Positions 1-13,172 of a DNA stretch of 64,000 nt are shown one piece after another (position 1 is the first letter of the stretch; the number at the start of each line of letters is the position of its first letter). The DNA is from Octopus sinensis. Its lineage: Eukaryota. The stretch is from assembly GCF_006345805.1 (NCBI RefSeq), contig NC_042997.1, positions 189,348,001 to 189,412,000 on the forward strand. Direction: 5' to 3'. Made by a program: the position numbers and the translations under genes. The notes under the pieces are model-generated. The model was not told where the DNA came from, did no database searches, and worked only from the letters and a program-made list of their open reading frames with translations.

Positions 1-127
1 GGCAGACCCTTTCACAACTGGGTTGTTTTATAACAAATACATTCACACATTCATATATGTGTGTGTGTGTAAGTGTGTTATGTATGTGTACAATATATAC
101 ACATATATATGTATACAGCCACTCCTA

Positions 128-275
128 GGCGTAGGAGTGGTTGTGCTTACGAACTACATGGTTCCGGGTTCAGTCCCACTGCGTGGAACCTTGGGCAAGT
201 GTCTTCTACTATAGCCTCGGGCCGACCAAAGCCTTGTGAGTGGATTTGGTAGACAGAAACTGAAAGAAGCCTGTC

Positions 276-319
<44 letters not shown>

Positions 320-320
320 G

Positions 321-359
<39 letters not shown>

Positions 360-597
360 GTATGTGTGTGTGTATATATGTTTGTGTGTCTGTGATTGTC
401 CCCCCAACATCACTTGACAACCGATGCTGGTGTGTTTATATCACCGTAAATCAGCGGTTCAGCAAAAGAGACCGATAGAATAAGTAATAGGCTTACAAAG
501 AATAAGTCCTGGGGTCGATTTGCTCGACTAAAGGCGGTGTTCCAGCATGGCTACAGTCAAATGACTGAAACAAGTAAAAGAGTAAAGAGTAAAAGAG
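128..597 (+). mobile_element. SINE family A (tRNA-like head, internal (TA)/(TG) microsatellite, (AAAAGAGT)n tail), full length
   Basis: Head GGCGTAGGAGTGGTTGTG..GGTTCCGGGTTCAGTCCC (B-box-like), body CTTGGGCAAGTGTCTTCTACTATAGCC, microsatellite ~277-390, 3' half ending GACTGAAACAAGTAAAAGAG; near-identical copies recur across the window. Confidence 0.9.
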
Positions 598-639
598 AGA
601 AGAGAGAAATATATACGTACACACGCGTGTATGTAACTC

Positions 640-1005
640 TGATCCCACGAACCATTCCCATCAGTTTACTTTCTGCAACGGCAACGCCTTAACATTCACA
701 CAAAGACATAGTTGGATAAAATGAGACAAAACTGCACTCAACACGTTCTGGTTTTCAAATAGGACAGACAACAGATGAGATACTATACTCCCTTTACATC
801 CCAAACAATCCCTGCCAACTCACACACACACATATTGCCTCGCCATGTTCACTATAATAACTCTTCCATAGACATCACCTACTGTTCTACACACCAAGCT
901 GCCGTAATTACTTGGCAAACAGTTCCTCAAGTTTCAAACTTAAAAGACCCACACTGGAACCAGTTCTTACAAGAATAGGAACAAAGTTTTGCAGAACTCA
1001 ACAAC
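640..1005 (+). pseudogene. Possible decayed LINE apurinic-endonuclease fragment
   Basis: Translation includes HYNNSSIDITYCSTHQAAVITWQT, resembling the S-x-ID-L/I-T motif of APE domains; frameshifted. Confidence 0.35.
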
Positions 1006-1880
1006 ACGTTATTCATTAACATTTTTTTGTACATTAGAATGCATATATTTTACAAAATAATTATAGAAACATAAACTAAAAGAAAAAAAAAGAACTAAAA
1101 TGAACTAGAATAAGGGTGAAAGAAATACAGATAAAGGATATGAAAGAACATAGAAAACAGCGCACTATGCATCGTAAGTTAAGTACAGATCACCTACACA
1201 ATAAAAGATACACATGAATATAAAAGATCACTCGACATAATTTATAGTGACAGTCTTTAACACTATATGAAAATCCATCTTTAAAGAAAAGACGCGTGCA
1301 AATCTCTTGAGCACTCCAACATTGGCATCCTAAAAACGCTTTTTCTTCTACTCAGCTCGGCAAGCACGAGGGTGACATACACACGGAAAAGGCTGTAACA
1401 TCAGTAACCTCATTTGTCTCAAACTGCATTCTGAGACGTACACCACAAGCAATAAGTTGAAGAACGGAAGCTGCCGTTCAAGAATTTGGACCTGGAGATC
1501 TCCATTTCCATCAACTTCGAGGGGCCACCTCCCAGTGGTGTCGGGCGTCAACGAAGAGCCCTCGACTACAACAAGACGACCAAAGTTTTTTTTTCCCCCA
1601 AGGTCTGGGGTCTCCCGCCCCTAAGCCCTAGACCATCACCTAATCACCCTTACCCGTTTTGTTGCTTAACAACAACAACAAGAACGGAAGCTGTGGTGTT
1701 CTGACCGGGTCCGCTTTCCGAACTCAGCTGTAACCGCCATAAAAAGCTACGAGAATACAGGAGTTGGCTGGATATTGGAGAGAGTATAATATGTCCAGAT
1801 TGTCATATGCGATTCTGCACTGTATGACATAGTGGAATATGGTCTTTAGCTTGTAGATGTTATGGTATATATATATATAT

Positions 1881-2108
1881 ATTTCTTTACTGCCCACAAG
1901 GGGCTAAACATAGAGGGGACAAACAAGGACAGACAAAGGGATTAAATCGATTACATCGACCTCAGTGCGAAACTGGTACTTTATTTATCGACCCCGAAAG
2001 GATGAAAGGCAAAGTTGACCTCGGCGGAATTTGAACTCAGAACGTAACGACAGACGAAATACCGCTAAGCATTTCGCCCGGCGCGCTAACGTTTCTGCCA
2101 GCTCGCCG
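1881..2108 (-). mobile_element. SINE family B (central GTCGACTTTGCCTTTCATCCTTTCGGGGTCGATAAA domain)
   Basis: Reverse complement of GGCGAGCTGGCAGAAACGTTAGC..GAGTTCAAATTCCGCCGAGG..GTAAAGAAAT; same as copies at 37622, 48155 and 63712. Confidence 0.9.
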
Positions 2109-2258
2109 TTTCATGTTATTGTATTATAACTGGCAAGATGCATCTGTGTCGTAACTCGATGTTTGACCGTCTGCTTGCACGCGATAGAACTGCTCGATCA
2201 GGACTGAACTGGGACTATATAATAACAACAAGAGCAACAGTAGTAACAGCAGCAACAG

Positions 2259-2460
2259 TGGAGGCGCAATGGCCCAGTGGTTAGGGCAGCGGACTCGCGG
2301 TAGTAAGAACGTGGTTTCGATTCCCAGACCAGGCATTGTGAGTGTTTATTGAGCAAAAACATCTAAGCTCCGCGAGGTTCCGGCGGGGGACGGGGTAGGT
2401 TTGAACCCCGCTGTACTCTTTCACCACAACTTTATCTCACTCTTTCTTTCTACTTCTTCC
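2259..2460 (+). mobile_element. SINE family C (tRNA-Arg-like head, OR-type), 5' part
   Basis: GGAGGCGCAATGGCCCAGTGGTTAGGGCAGCGGACTCGCGG..GGTTTCGATTCCC shows A/B boxes and a TCG anticodon-like loop; matches 14190-14584. Confidence 0.85.
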
Positions 2461-2997
2461 ACAAAGCAGAGGAACCATGGTGTAACCCACTATGGTGTGG
2501 TAAACTTTCAGACCCTAGTATAGATTACGAATCCGCTGTACCCCAGGATGGTTCAGCTCTCCACCCGTTAAAAGCCACAATTTACGGAATGAGGATAACA
2601 ACGTAGCTTTAGCGCCCGTGCAACCGCCAGTCTATCGCGTGTGGTGGGTGGACCTTCAAGTTGCCACACGCATTCTTAGTAGCTTAGAGTAGGCTCGAAT
2701 TAGAGATTATTCTTTGTGGCTAATGGCGTGAATCCTGATTGGAAGAAGAAAAAGAACAGCAACAATAAGAATAACGGTGATAACTACTGCTGAGTCGCTT
2801 TAATTGTTAGGAACCCATTCCCCCAGCCAAATGTCTCTACCGTCATAAAATTGGAAAGGATACATTTGATAATGCATTCCTTGAAATTCACAAAAAGACG
2901 GATTGGTCACAACTGAAATGTCTATGATTATAGGTCTGCTCGACTATGGTTAACTTGGGGTTAAACAACAATGTTGCTTGTTGGCTGGACATCAGAG

Positions 2998-3399
2998 ATT
3001 GTACTGGAAGGCTTCTGGTTAGATGCACAACCATGACCAGAGGCAGGAATCGATGGAGAGAGAGATGGTGCATGCGTCCATAGTTGCTGATATTCAGCAA
3101 TGTGGATGGGGATATATATGGCAAGGCAATCAACAACATTGCCACACACACAGTTGGGTAGATTTGCTAGTAAAAATAATTAGAAGAAGAAGAAGAGAAA
3201 GAAGAAGAAGAAGATCAGAAAATATTAAGATTTACTCATTGAATATTGTACTGGAAAACTTCTGGCTAGATGCACAACCATGACCAGAGACAAGAATCGA
3301 TGGAGAGAGATGATGCATGTGTTCATGGTTACTCACATTCAGCAATGTGGATGGGGATATATATGGCTAGGCAATCAACAACATTGCCACACACACAGT
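2998..3399 (+). repeat. Direct duplication of ~155 bp resembling an RTE LINE 3' end (2998-3155 and 3245-3399)
   Basis: Both copies start ATTGTACTGGAA and end CATTGCCACACACACAGTT; translation TRGRNRWRE resembles the RTE C-terminal R-x-x-W-R motif. Confidence 0.7.
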
Positions 3400-3789
3400 T
3401 ACTGTGTTATCATATTAACTAAAACTCGCCCCCATACGGTTACCATGTCTACACTTATACCTCCTACACCAACATACAGGCATACATACTTATCTTAACA
3501 TTAACATAAAGATACACATGTATACTCGAACACACAGAGACAGATTCACAAACACACTCATCAAAACACGAATACGCAAATGGATACACAGAGATTCCCA
3601 CAAACACACACAAACATATACAGAAAACATATACATACACACACACACACAAGCGCGCACACACACACGAACTCGGGTACACACGTAATAACGCAACCAC
3701 TCAAACACAGATTCAGATACACACCCACTCATACACACACATACGAACACTCATACACACATACTAATGCAACCTCGCGAACATAGATT

Positions 3790-3940
<151 letters not shown>

Positions 3941-3941
3941 C

Positions 3942-4135
3942 AGTGATTTCTAATTTAGTGTAAAATTGTAAAAATTTTGATAAGTAGGTTGTTGGTTGAT
4001 ACCAACGACTCCAGTACTTGACTAGGACTTTATTTTATCGACCGCACTGTGGGGTGGGGGTGGGGGACGGAATGAAATGGGAAGTTGGGCTCGGCACAAC
4101 TTGAACTCAGAATATAAAGAGTCAAAACTAATATC
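3942..4135 (-). mobile_element. Diverged SINE family B copy
   Basis: TTTATCGACC..ATGAAATGG..TTGAACTCAGAAT is similar to the family B reverse complement. Confidence 0.6.
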
Positions 4136-4148
4136 CCGAAACATCTTT

Positions 4149-4630
4149 GCGCAGGTGCGGCTGTGTGGCAAGTAGCTTGCTTACCAATCACATGGTTCCG
4201 GGTTCAGTCCTACTGCGTGGGACCTTGGGCCATTGTCCTCTACTATAGCCTCGGGCCGACCAAAGCCTTGTGAGTGGATTTGGCAGACGGAAACTGAAAG
4301 AAGCCCATCGTATATAAATATATATGTATGTATATATGTATGCATGTATGTATGTATACATGTATGTATGTATGTATGTATGTATGCATGTATGTATGTA
4401 TGTATGAGTGTGTATATGTTGTGTATCTGTGTTTGTCCCCCCAACATCTCTTGACAACTGATGCTGGTGTGTTTAGGTCCCCGTAACTTAGCGGTTCGGC
4501 AAAAGACACCGATAGAATAAATACTAGGCTTACAAAAAACAAGTCCTGGGGTCGATTTGATTCGACTAAAGGCGGTGCTTCAGCATAGCCGCAGTCAAAT
4601 GACTGAAACAAGTAAAAGAATAAAAGAATA
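4149..4630 (+). mobile_element. SINE family A, full length
   Basis: Same head, body and tail as 128-597; internal (TATG)n. Confidence 0.9.
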
Positions 4631-5184
4631 CTTGTCCAGTTCTATACAACCATATTGACACCGACTGATACCTACATAAGCATCACTCAATTATACATAC
4701 ATGCACACACTCACAAATGTACATGCACGCACTCGCACGCATAGAAACGTACCACGCCCCAAAACAGACGTAAAATGCAAGCACTCACGCAGTCACATTC
4801 AACATATATACAGATGCATGCATGGATACATTCGAATAGACATGCACATTTGTGAATACTACACATATACAACACACACATGTACAAACGTCGGACGTGA
4901 TAAGGCCTATCGCTGCAGAAAGAGACTCGGGAGAAAAACCTCCACATAGACTCGTGTAAATATACAATTTTCTATACTTTGACTGAGTTCTGTCATTCAT
5001 AAATTTGTTTGTTGTTGTTTTTTATTTAACCGTATATGGCGTTTTCAGGCCTGCAGTAATAAAGAATGCAAGCCATATTTTTTCCATTCAACTAATACTG
5101 ATGATGGGGAAATTTAGCTCTCTATTTTTGGTATGAAACCTTTCAATAACAACATTAATTAGCTGTCATGCAACAACAAACACA

Positions 5185-5235
5185 GACACACACACGCATA
5201 TATATATATATGTATATATATAATATATATAATAT

Positions 5236-5314
<79 letters not shown>

Positions 5315-5443
5315 CGACGGGCTTCTTTTCAGTTTCCGTCTACCAAATCCACTCACAAAGCTTTGGTCGGCCCAAGGCTATAGTAGAAGACACTTGCCCA
5401 AGGTGCCACGCAGTGGGACTGAACCCAGAACCATGTGGATGTA
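5185..5443 (-). mobile_element. SINE family A, 5' half plus microsatellite
   Basis: TACGACGGGCTTCTTTTCAGTTTCCGTC..GACTGAACCCAGAACCATGTGG. Confidence 0.85.
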
Positions 5444-5569
5444 TGGCTTTATGTTTGCAGTGGGGCTAAAACCTCTTGTATCATCTAAACATGAGAAATT
5501 TGAAACTCGTTGAATTTTTCTACATCAAATGAATATGATGAAACTCTTCCAGGGTTTATTTTTCACATT

Positions 5570-5919
5570 TTCCTATCATTCGACAGCATTTTAGTCGAAT
5601 GAAATGACCCTAGTACATCTTCTTTGTTAAACTCGGTACTTTTTCAATCGGTCTTTTTTACAGAACTGGTAGATTATGGGGACGCAAAGACAGCAAACAC
5701 GCGCCCACCTACACACATGCATACACAGCCATTCGACCGCCGCCATACTGGAGTGCAGTGTTGAAGGGTTTTAGTCGAAGAAATCGAACCCAGAACTCAT
5801 TTTTTAAGTCTAGTACTTATTCTATCGTTTCCTTTTGCCGAACCGCTTTGTTACTGAGACGTAAATACCGATTGTCAAGCGGTGATGTGAGGGCGAACAC
5901 AAACACAAAGAAACACACA

Positions 5920-5979
<60 letters not shown>

Positions 5980-6335
5980 CACATAAGACGGGCTTCTTTC
6001 AGTTTCCGTCAAGCAAATCGACCCCAGGACTTATTCTTTGTAAGCCTAGTACTTATTCTATCGGTCTCTTTTGTCGAACCGTAAAGTGACGGGGACGTAA
6101 ACACACCAGCATCAGTTGTTAAGCGATGTTGCGGAGACAGACACAGACACGCAAACATGTACATACATATATACATATATATATATACGACGGGCTTCTT
6201 TCAGTTTCCGTCTACCAAATCCACTCGCAAGGCTTCGGTCGGCCCGAGGCTATAGTAGAAGACACATGCCCAAGGTGCCACTCAGTGGGACTGAACCCGG
6301 AACCAGGTGGTTGGTAAGCAAGCTTCTTACCACAC
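5570..6335 (-). mobile_element. Cluster of three partial SINE family A copies (about 5570-5720, 5725-6010, 6011-6335)
   Basis: Repeated reverse-complement 3' and 5' modules of family A. Confidence 0.8.
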
Positions 6336-6361
6336 TTCACTGGCGTATATCTAATTTTGTT

Positions 6362-6369
6362 TGACTGTG

Positions 6370-6412
<43 letters not shown>

Positions 6413-6885
6413 ACGAGTGTGTGCGTATGAGTGTATATGCGTGTGTGAGTGTGTGTATGACTGTGTGCGTATGTGTGTATGAGTGTCTGTGTGCGTATGA
6501 ACGTGTGCGTTCGCATGAGTGTGTACGTATGAGTGTGTATGTATGTGTATGTGTGTGTTTGCGTATGTTTGTGTGTGTGTGTGTGTGTGTGTGGTGAGTA
6601 TGTATGTGTATGAATGTGTGTGTATGTGTGTGCGCGTATGAGTGTGTATATGTGCATGCGTGTGCATGTGTGTGTGTACATGTGTGTATGTATGCATGTG
6701 TGTGTGTGTGTGTTTGCGTATGTGTGTGTGTGTGTGGTGAGTATGTGTGCGTATGAATGAGTGTGTATGTGTGTGCGCGTATGAGTGTGTATATGTGTAT
6801 GTGTGTGCGTGTGTGTGTGTATGTGTGCATGTATGCATGTGTGTGTGTGTGTGTGTGGTGTGTGTGTGTGTGTGTGTGTATGATT
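6362..6885. repeat. Compound (TG)/(TATG) microsatellite with internal higher-order duplication
   Basis: Direct reading; GTGGTGAGTATG block repeated at ~6591 and ~6734. Confidence 0.95.
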
Positions 6886-7054
6886 GCGAATGTAGTTATA
6901 AGGACAGAGTGACATTACATGCTGGGATGGTTTGTTTGTATTTGTTACGTACCATTGTCGCTTACTCAGACACACCCAGACATTAATACACGCATCAATC
7001 TGGAACAGTCTGGGTATTACTGACCGATGCTGCTACAGATAATGAAACCGAAAA

Positions 7055-7495
7055 CTACGACGACGACGACGACCACGGCGACGGCGATGATGGCGTTGAT
7101 GAAGATGTCTGCTGCTGCTGCTGCTGCTACAGATGATGGTAGTGATGATGATGATTATGATGATGATGATGTTGATGATGATGACGAAGATGATGATTAT
7201 GATGATTATGATGATGATGATGATGATGATGATGACGAAGATGATGATTATGATGATGATGATGATGATTATGATGAGGATGGTGTTGGTGATGTTGATG
7301 ATGAGGATGAGGATAATGATGATGATGATGATGATGATGATGACGACGACGACGACGATGATGATGAAGATGACTGCTGCTGCTGCTACTGATGATGATG
7401 GTGATGCTGCTGCTGCTGCTGATGATGATGATGATAATGATGATGATGGTGATGATTATGATGATGATGATGATGATGATGATGATGGTGATGGT
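7055..7495. repeat. (GAT)n/(GAC)n/(GCT)n trinucleotide array
   Basis: Direct reading. Confidence 0.95.
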
Positions 7496-7849
7496 CAAAA
7501 TATAGTTGCAGACCTGACGTTGCAATTGTTCATTTTAATGAGTGTGCCCGTTGTGGCTGTGTTGATTGCTTTGCACTCGGTGCGTGTGGTCGTGTGTGTG
7601 TGTATGTGTCTGTGTATGCGTGTACGTGTGCGTGCGTGCGTGTGCACGAGTCTTTGTCTGTGTGATTACATGTAAGGGGTGGGGTCTATTATTACAAATG
7701 ATTGAGTGTGCATTTCCAATTGTGTATTCTGTGTACAAATATACATTTCCAGTTGTGCGTATGTATATTATGCTTCTAATTACTTGTGTCTCTTCCTACG
7801 ACTCGGTGGCATGTGTTGCGTTTGTTACAGGTGTGTACATGTATGTGTT

Positions 7850-9040
7850 GTGTGTGGTATGTGTGTGAATGTGTATGTATGTGTATGTGTATGTGTGTGT
7901 GGGTGAGTATGATTGTGCATGCGTGTGTGGGGTGTTTGGTTCTGTTGGTGTGCGAGGCTCTGTGTGTGTGTGTGTGTGTGTGTGTGAATGTGTATACGTG
8001 TGTATGTGTATGTGTGTGTGGGTGAGTATGATTGTGCATGCGTGTGTGGGGTGTTTGGTTCTGTTGGTGTGCGAGGCTCTGTGTGTGTGTGTGTGTGTGT
8101 GTGTGAATGTGTATACGTGTGTATGTGTATGTGTGTGTTGGTGTGTGGTTGTGTAGGTGTGCGCGGCTGTGCGTGTGTGTGTGTATGTGAATGTGTATGT
8201 ATGTGTGTGTGTGTGTGGGTGAGTATGTATGTGCATGTGTGTGTGTGGACGTGTAGTTGTGTAGGTGTGCGCGGCTGTGCGTGTGTGTGTGTATGTGAAT
8301 GTGTATGTATGTGTGTGTGTGTGGGTGAGTATGTATGTGCATGTGTGTGTGTGGACGTGTAGTTGTGTAGGTGTGCGCGGCTGTGTGTGTGTGTGGTGGG
8401 GGAATGTGTGTGTGGGTGAGTATGTATGTGCATGTGTGTGTGATTGTGTGGACCTGTAGGTGTGCGCGGCTGTATGTGTGTGTGAATGTGCATGTGTTTG
8501 TATGTGCATGTGTGTGTGGGTGCGTAGTTCTGTAGGTGTGCGCGGCTGTGTGTGTGTGTGGTGGGGGAATGTGTGTGTGTGTGTATGTGTGTGTGGGTGG
8601 GTATGCATGTGCATGTGTGTGTGTGTATGTTTGTATATGTGTGTGTGAGTATGATTGTGCATGTGTGTGGTTGTGTGGTTCTGTAGGTGTGCGCGGCTGT
8701 GTGTGTGTGAATGTGTGTGTATGTGTATGTGTATGTGGGTGAGTATGAGCATGTGTGCGTGAATGTGTGGTTCTGTAGGTGTGCGCACTGCGTGTGTGTG
8801 TGTATGTGTGTGTGGGTGGGTATGCATGTGCATGTGTGTGTGTGTTGTTTGTATATGTGTGTGTGAGTATGATTGTGCATTTGTGGTGGTTGTGTGGTTC
8901 TGTAGGTGTGCGCGGCTGTGTGTGTGTGAATGTGTGTGTATGTGTATGTGTATGTGGGTGAGTATGAGCATGTGTGCGTGAATGTGTGGTTCTGTAGGTG
9001 TGCGCAGCTGCGTGTGTGTGTGTATGTGTGTGTGTGTGCA
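7850..9040. repeat. Higher-order TG-derived minisatellite
   Basis: Recurrent TGTAGGTGTGCGCGGCTGTG and GGGTGAGTATG motifs; ~118-bp duplicated blocks, e.g. 7864-7981 and 7982-8100. Confidence 0.9.
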
Positions 9041-9049
9041 TAAATTATC

Positions 9050-9245
9050 ATTTATCTTTTATTTGTTTCAGCCATTATATCGCACCAATGTTGGGGCACC
9101 GCCTTGAAGAATTTTTAGTCGAATAAATCGACTCTAGTACTTATTTCTTTTAAAACCCAGTTCTGTATCGGTCGCTTTTGCTGAACCGCTAGGTTACGAG
9201 GATGTAATCACAACAACACCTGTTGTCAAGGGGTGGTGGGAGGAG

Positions 9246-9287
<42 letters not shown>

Positions 9288-9365
9288 ACACACACACACA
9301 CACACACACAACAAGCTTCTTTCAGTTTCCGTCCACCACACAAGGCTTCAGTCGGCCCGGGGACA
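9050..9365 (-). mobile_element. Diverged SINE family A copy
   Basis: TTTGTTTCAGCCAT..GCACCGCCTTGAAG..AAGCTTCTTTCAGTTTCCGTC. Confidence 0.75.
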
Positions 9366-9384
9366 TAGCAGTTATATATAGTTA

Positions 9385-9797
9385 TTTTGGTTGAACAACA
9401 GCCGCTTCGATTAGCCGTTTCGAATCCTGCTCGAGACTTACACATTTCAATAACCCCTAAATAATCACACACAATTTTTTTCTATTTTATTTTTGCTATT
9501 AACCGTCCTCGCGACCCCCTTCGTATCTCCGATGGGGCCATGAACTACACGATGAAAATCCAGAGTTATTCGTGGTCAATGAATTTTTAATAAAAATTCG
9601 AAGGTGGTATATCAATTCAAAAATCGATATCCATGAAATAATCATACTTTCTCATTTTTTTTAATGCTAAAAATCTTCCTGACAATCGTCTTTGTAATTC
9701 TTAAAAATATAACTATTGGTCCAGCCGTCTGGCCGTGAAAGAGGGAGCAGACAAAGAGACGGACAGACGAAAGGACATAACGCCCATTATAGTAAGA
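9385..9797 (-). mobile_element. Non-autonomous Helitron-like element
   Basis: Minus-strand start TCTTACTATAATGGGCG followed by a (CTGT)-like tract, typical of Helitron-type non-autonomous 5' ends; 3' end not resolved. Confidence 0.4.
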
Positions 9798-9832
9798 TCA
9801 TCATCATCATCATCATCATTATTATTATTTGA

Positions 9833-9945
9833 TAAAAACTCACAGCTTATTTTGCTGGGTATGATGGAAAGTGTTAGCTGTCCACAGCCAGCAGACTAAG
9901 GCGACACTTGTTTAATGGTCATGCGTCAAGAACCCTGCAAAGAAT
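9833..9945 (-). mobile_element. 3' terminal fragment of an R4/Dong-like LINE
   Basis: Matches 10758-10860 (GCTTATTTTGCTGGGTATGATGGAAAGTG..CAAGAACCCTGC); abuts (ATT)n/(CAT)n. Confidence 0.8.
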
Positions 9946-9957
9946 TATTATTATTAC

Positions 9958-10002
<45 letters not shown>

Positions 10003-10003
<1 letters not shown>

Positions 10004-10684
10004 TTTTTTTTTTTCATTTTTTCTTCTTTCAAATTTGCTTCCATTTCTTGCCGAGTGTCTTCCCGACTCCTAGGGCAAAGAAACTCATAGTATACATTGG
10101 TAGGCCATTAAACCAAACTCAATAGTTCGTTCATTTAAAAAAAATTTTTTTTTTAAGTTAAATTAAAATACATGAGCAGCAACAGTTCTCACATCGACAA
10201 TGCTCTTCTCAATACGTGTGATGTACCAGTTAGACAATCTTTTGCACTTCTTGCAGGGATGGTAAGCCAGGGATCATTCTCATATAATTTTCGGTTCCCT
10301 TCTTGATCATTCCTAGTGCTCCTACGATCACTGGTATTGTAACCGCCTTGAGATGCCAACATTTCTCAATTTCAATGAGTAGGTCTTTATATTTTCTGAG
10401 CTTGTCAAACTCTTTCGCTGAGATATTATGATCACAGGGGATGTCATGTCGATCAATAAGCAAACTTTATTGTTTTGTCTTTCACAACAATATCTGGTTT
10501 ATTGGCCTTGATGGTTCGGTCTGTATGTACTGGAAAGTCCCACAGAATGGTTACATTTTTTCCTTCAGTTACAGCCTCAGGGTGGTGATTGTACCACTTG
10601 TCGGCAGTTTTGATATTGTAATGCCGACTTATTAGCCAGTGTAGATATTGGCCAACTCTGTCATGTCTTAATTTATACTGGACA
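10003..10684 (-). mobile_element. R4/Dong-clade LINE 3' fragment with restriction-like endonuclease domain
   Basis: Translation RHDRVGQYLHW..ILWDFPVHTDRTIKANKPDIV..KYKDLLIEIEKCWHLKAVTIPVIVGALG..EVQKIV; (TAA)n tail 9945-10002. Confidence 0.9.
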
Positions 10685-10750
<66 letters not shown>

Positions 10751-10752
<2 letters not shown>

Positions 10753-12481
10753 GAAAACTGCTTATTTTGCTGGGTATGATGGAAAGTGTCAACTGTCCAC
10801 GGCCAGCAGACATAGGTGAGACTTGTTTACTGGTCATGCTTCAAGAACCCTGCGAAGAATTCTTGCAGTTCCAAGCAATGCTGATCGTTGTAAGTGTTCT
10901 ACTTTCACACTTGCACCAATATTTTTCATCCAAGTTGATAGTTGAATGCTAATACTTCCAAGTGCGCCAATTACTATTGGTATCACGTCTACTCTCCTCA
11001 TTGACAAAACCTTCGTATTTCCCACTAGAAATCGTCATAGTTGTTTATTTTTTTCTTCTTTCATATTCATCCTGTTTTTACCGGGTCATGCAATGTCGAT
11101 TATCATGCATGATCTTTCCATTTTATTCACCACAACAATGTCCGGTTTCCGATGTCTGATCAGATGTTCGCACTCAATCATTGCATCTCACAGGATTTTG
11201 CAATTCTCATTCTCGGTGACTGCTGGGATTTTCTCATACCACTTCTTTGCTCTTTGTTGGCCGTGACTTCCACAAAGTTCCCAATGGATCATTCTTGCCA
11301 CATTGTCATAGCATCTTTTGTATTCGCGTTGTGACAATTCCGGGCATTCGCTAACGATGTGCCATACCGCTTTACTCCTCTTACCACATATTCTGCATTT
11401 GTTGCTTTCGATAATGTTGTCTATTCTGCACTTCACATAGTCGGTCCTTAACGCTAGTTCTTGAGCTTCGCATATGAGTGCTTCTGTCTCCATCATCAGG
11501 CCACTCCTTCTCATCCACAGTCACCAGTGGTCTTTATCTGTCTCGGTGTTCACATCTCTTGCAAACTGACCGTACATTTTTCCTTCCATGCTGTTTCTTT
11601 TTTGTGTTCATTTCTTGTTTAAATTTTTCTTTCATTACACAATTTTCAGTTTTTATGATACTGGCCTTCTTTGTATGTTTCAACAATGGCTCCACTCTAA
11701 GCTGCTTTCCTCTGCTTCGATACAGTCTTGGCAACTAATCAAACCTCTCCCGTCCTTTTTCAGGACAAGTACAGCCTATCGGTGTCACTTTTAGGGTGTA
11801 AGGCTCCGTGTACTGTCAACATTTTTCTGGCCTTGGTATCCATTTTCATCCTTCTCACTTATGCCATTTTATAATTCCCGCTCCATAGCGAAGTGATGCT
11901 ATCGCCGACGTATTAATTGCTTGAATTTTTTTCCAGCTAGTCAATTATAAGAGCAACACCAACCTCACTCTTCGGAAATATTCCTTCCTCAGTTGCTCTT
12001 CATTTCCTTTTCCATTATCTCCTTGAGCTCTAGTACACCAAGGTATTTGTAGCCTTCTGTTTCAATTTGTTTAATCAAGTCTATGTTTGGTAATTCTATC
12101 CCTGCTAGGGATTGTACCTTACCTCTTTTTAGGTAAATTGTTCTGCACTTCATGAGTCCAAATTCCATTCTAGTATCAATACTAAAACACTGGATCGTGC
12201 TCACCAAGAAACTCACTTGTGTCTCGTCCATGCCCTACAGTCTCAAGTCATCCATGAAGAGGAGGTGGTTGATTGTTTAGGATTTTCCCTTTAGTTGGTA
12301 CCCCAGGTTCATTTTCCTAAGTACCAAGGTCAGGGGTATCATGCAGAGAACAAAAACCAACAGAGATAAGCTATCACTCTGGAAAATCTCTCTTCTGATA
12401 CTCAGGGTGCCCAAGCCTTTTCCGTAAGATGTCAGTTCAGTTTTCCACCCGACCATACTTCTCTTTAGGAAACACGTTGCA
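10751..12481 (-). mobile_element. R4/Dong-clade LINE, 5'-truncated, with RT, CCHC and RLE remnants
   Basis: Translations IFQSDSLS, INHLLFMDDLRL, YKYLGV, ETEALICEAQELALRT..CRICG..HIVSEC, VIGALG..HLQRSALLGTARILRRVL; stops and frameshifts; (TAA)n tail 10687-10750. Confidence 0.92.
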
Positions 12482-12482
12482 T

Positions 12483-12762
12483 TCTTCTTCTTCTTCTTCT
12501 TCTTCTTCTTCTTCTTCTTCTCTTCTTCTTCTTCTTCTTCTTCTTCTTCTTCTTCTTCTTCTTCTTGTTCTTCTTGTTCTTCTTGTTCTTCTTCTTCTTC
12601 TTCTTCTTGTTCTTCATCTTCTTCTTGTTCTTGTTCTTCTTGTTCTTCTTGTTCTTGTTCTTCTTCTTGTTCTTCTTCTTGTTCTTCTTGTTCTTCTTGT
12701 TCTTCTTGTTCTTGTTCTTCTTGTTCTTCTTGTTCTTGTTCTTCTTGTTCTTCTTCTTGTTC

Positions 12763-12794
<32 letters not shown>

Positions 12795-12808
12795 CTTCTT
12801 CTTCTTCT
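12483..12808. repeat. (CTT)n/(CTTGTT)n array
   Basis: Direct reading. Confidence 0.97.
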
Positions 12809-13172
12809 CATTAATGTTGTTGTTGTTGTTGTCTATTGGATGAGTGGGTTTGGAGATTTATCGTTTCTATATTCATTCATTCTCTTAAGAAGGCGTGTAT
12901 ATTTTCACACGTGCACTGCCTCGGTAACTTATCGGCCTATTGGCTTGTGTAGAGTTTATATTTAGTTATTTATCAATTCATAATATTTATCCATGGCATA
13001 TACAGCATATTCACTGTTCTCTTTTTTTTTTGTATCCTCAGTAATTCTCAAAGAAACATTATCACCTACACGACGGACCGTCTATTTTATACAGGTTGTA
13101 GTGGTGTCCTTACATTCCCACACCAGGCACCTCAGAACCAACCCACTGATAATCTATAAAAGTATATATATA

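Noticed and set aside
147-420. Recurrent peptide YDGLLSVSVYQIHSQGFGRPEAIVEDTCPR in many ORFs
   Set aside because: Antisense translation of SINE family A, not a gene family
1340-1745. Possible L1/Tx1 ORF1 remnant (LEISISINFEGPPP)
   Set aside because: Similarity too weak to call without a search
2259-2335. tRNA-Arg gene
   Set aside because: Cloverleaf is degenerate and continues into a SINE body seen in multiple copies
7027-7392. Poly-Asp ORF resembling acidic shell-matrix proteins
   Set aside because: It is a (GAT)n microsatellite with no signal peptide, splice context or non-repetitive domain
7776-9051. Long His/Thr-rich ORFs (391-421 aa)
   Set aside because: All three minus-strand frames are open because (CA)n-derived sequence lacks stop codons
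12429-12965. Poly-Leu and protamine-like poly-Arg ORFs
   Set aside because: Translations of the (CTT)n array
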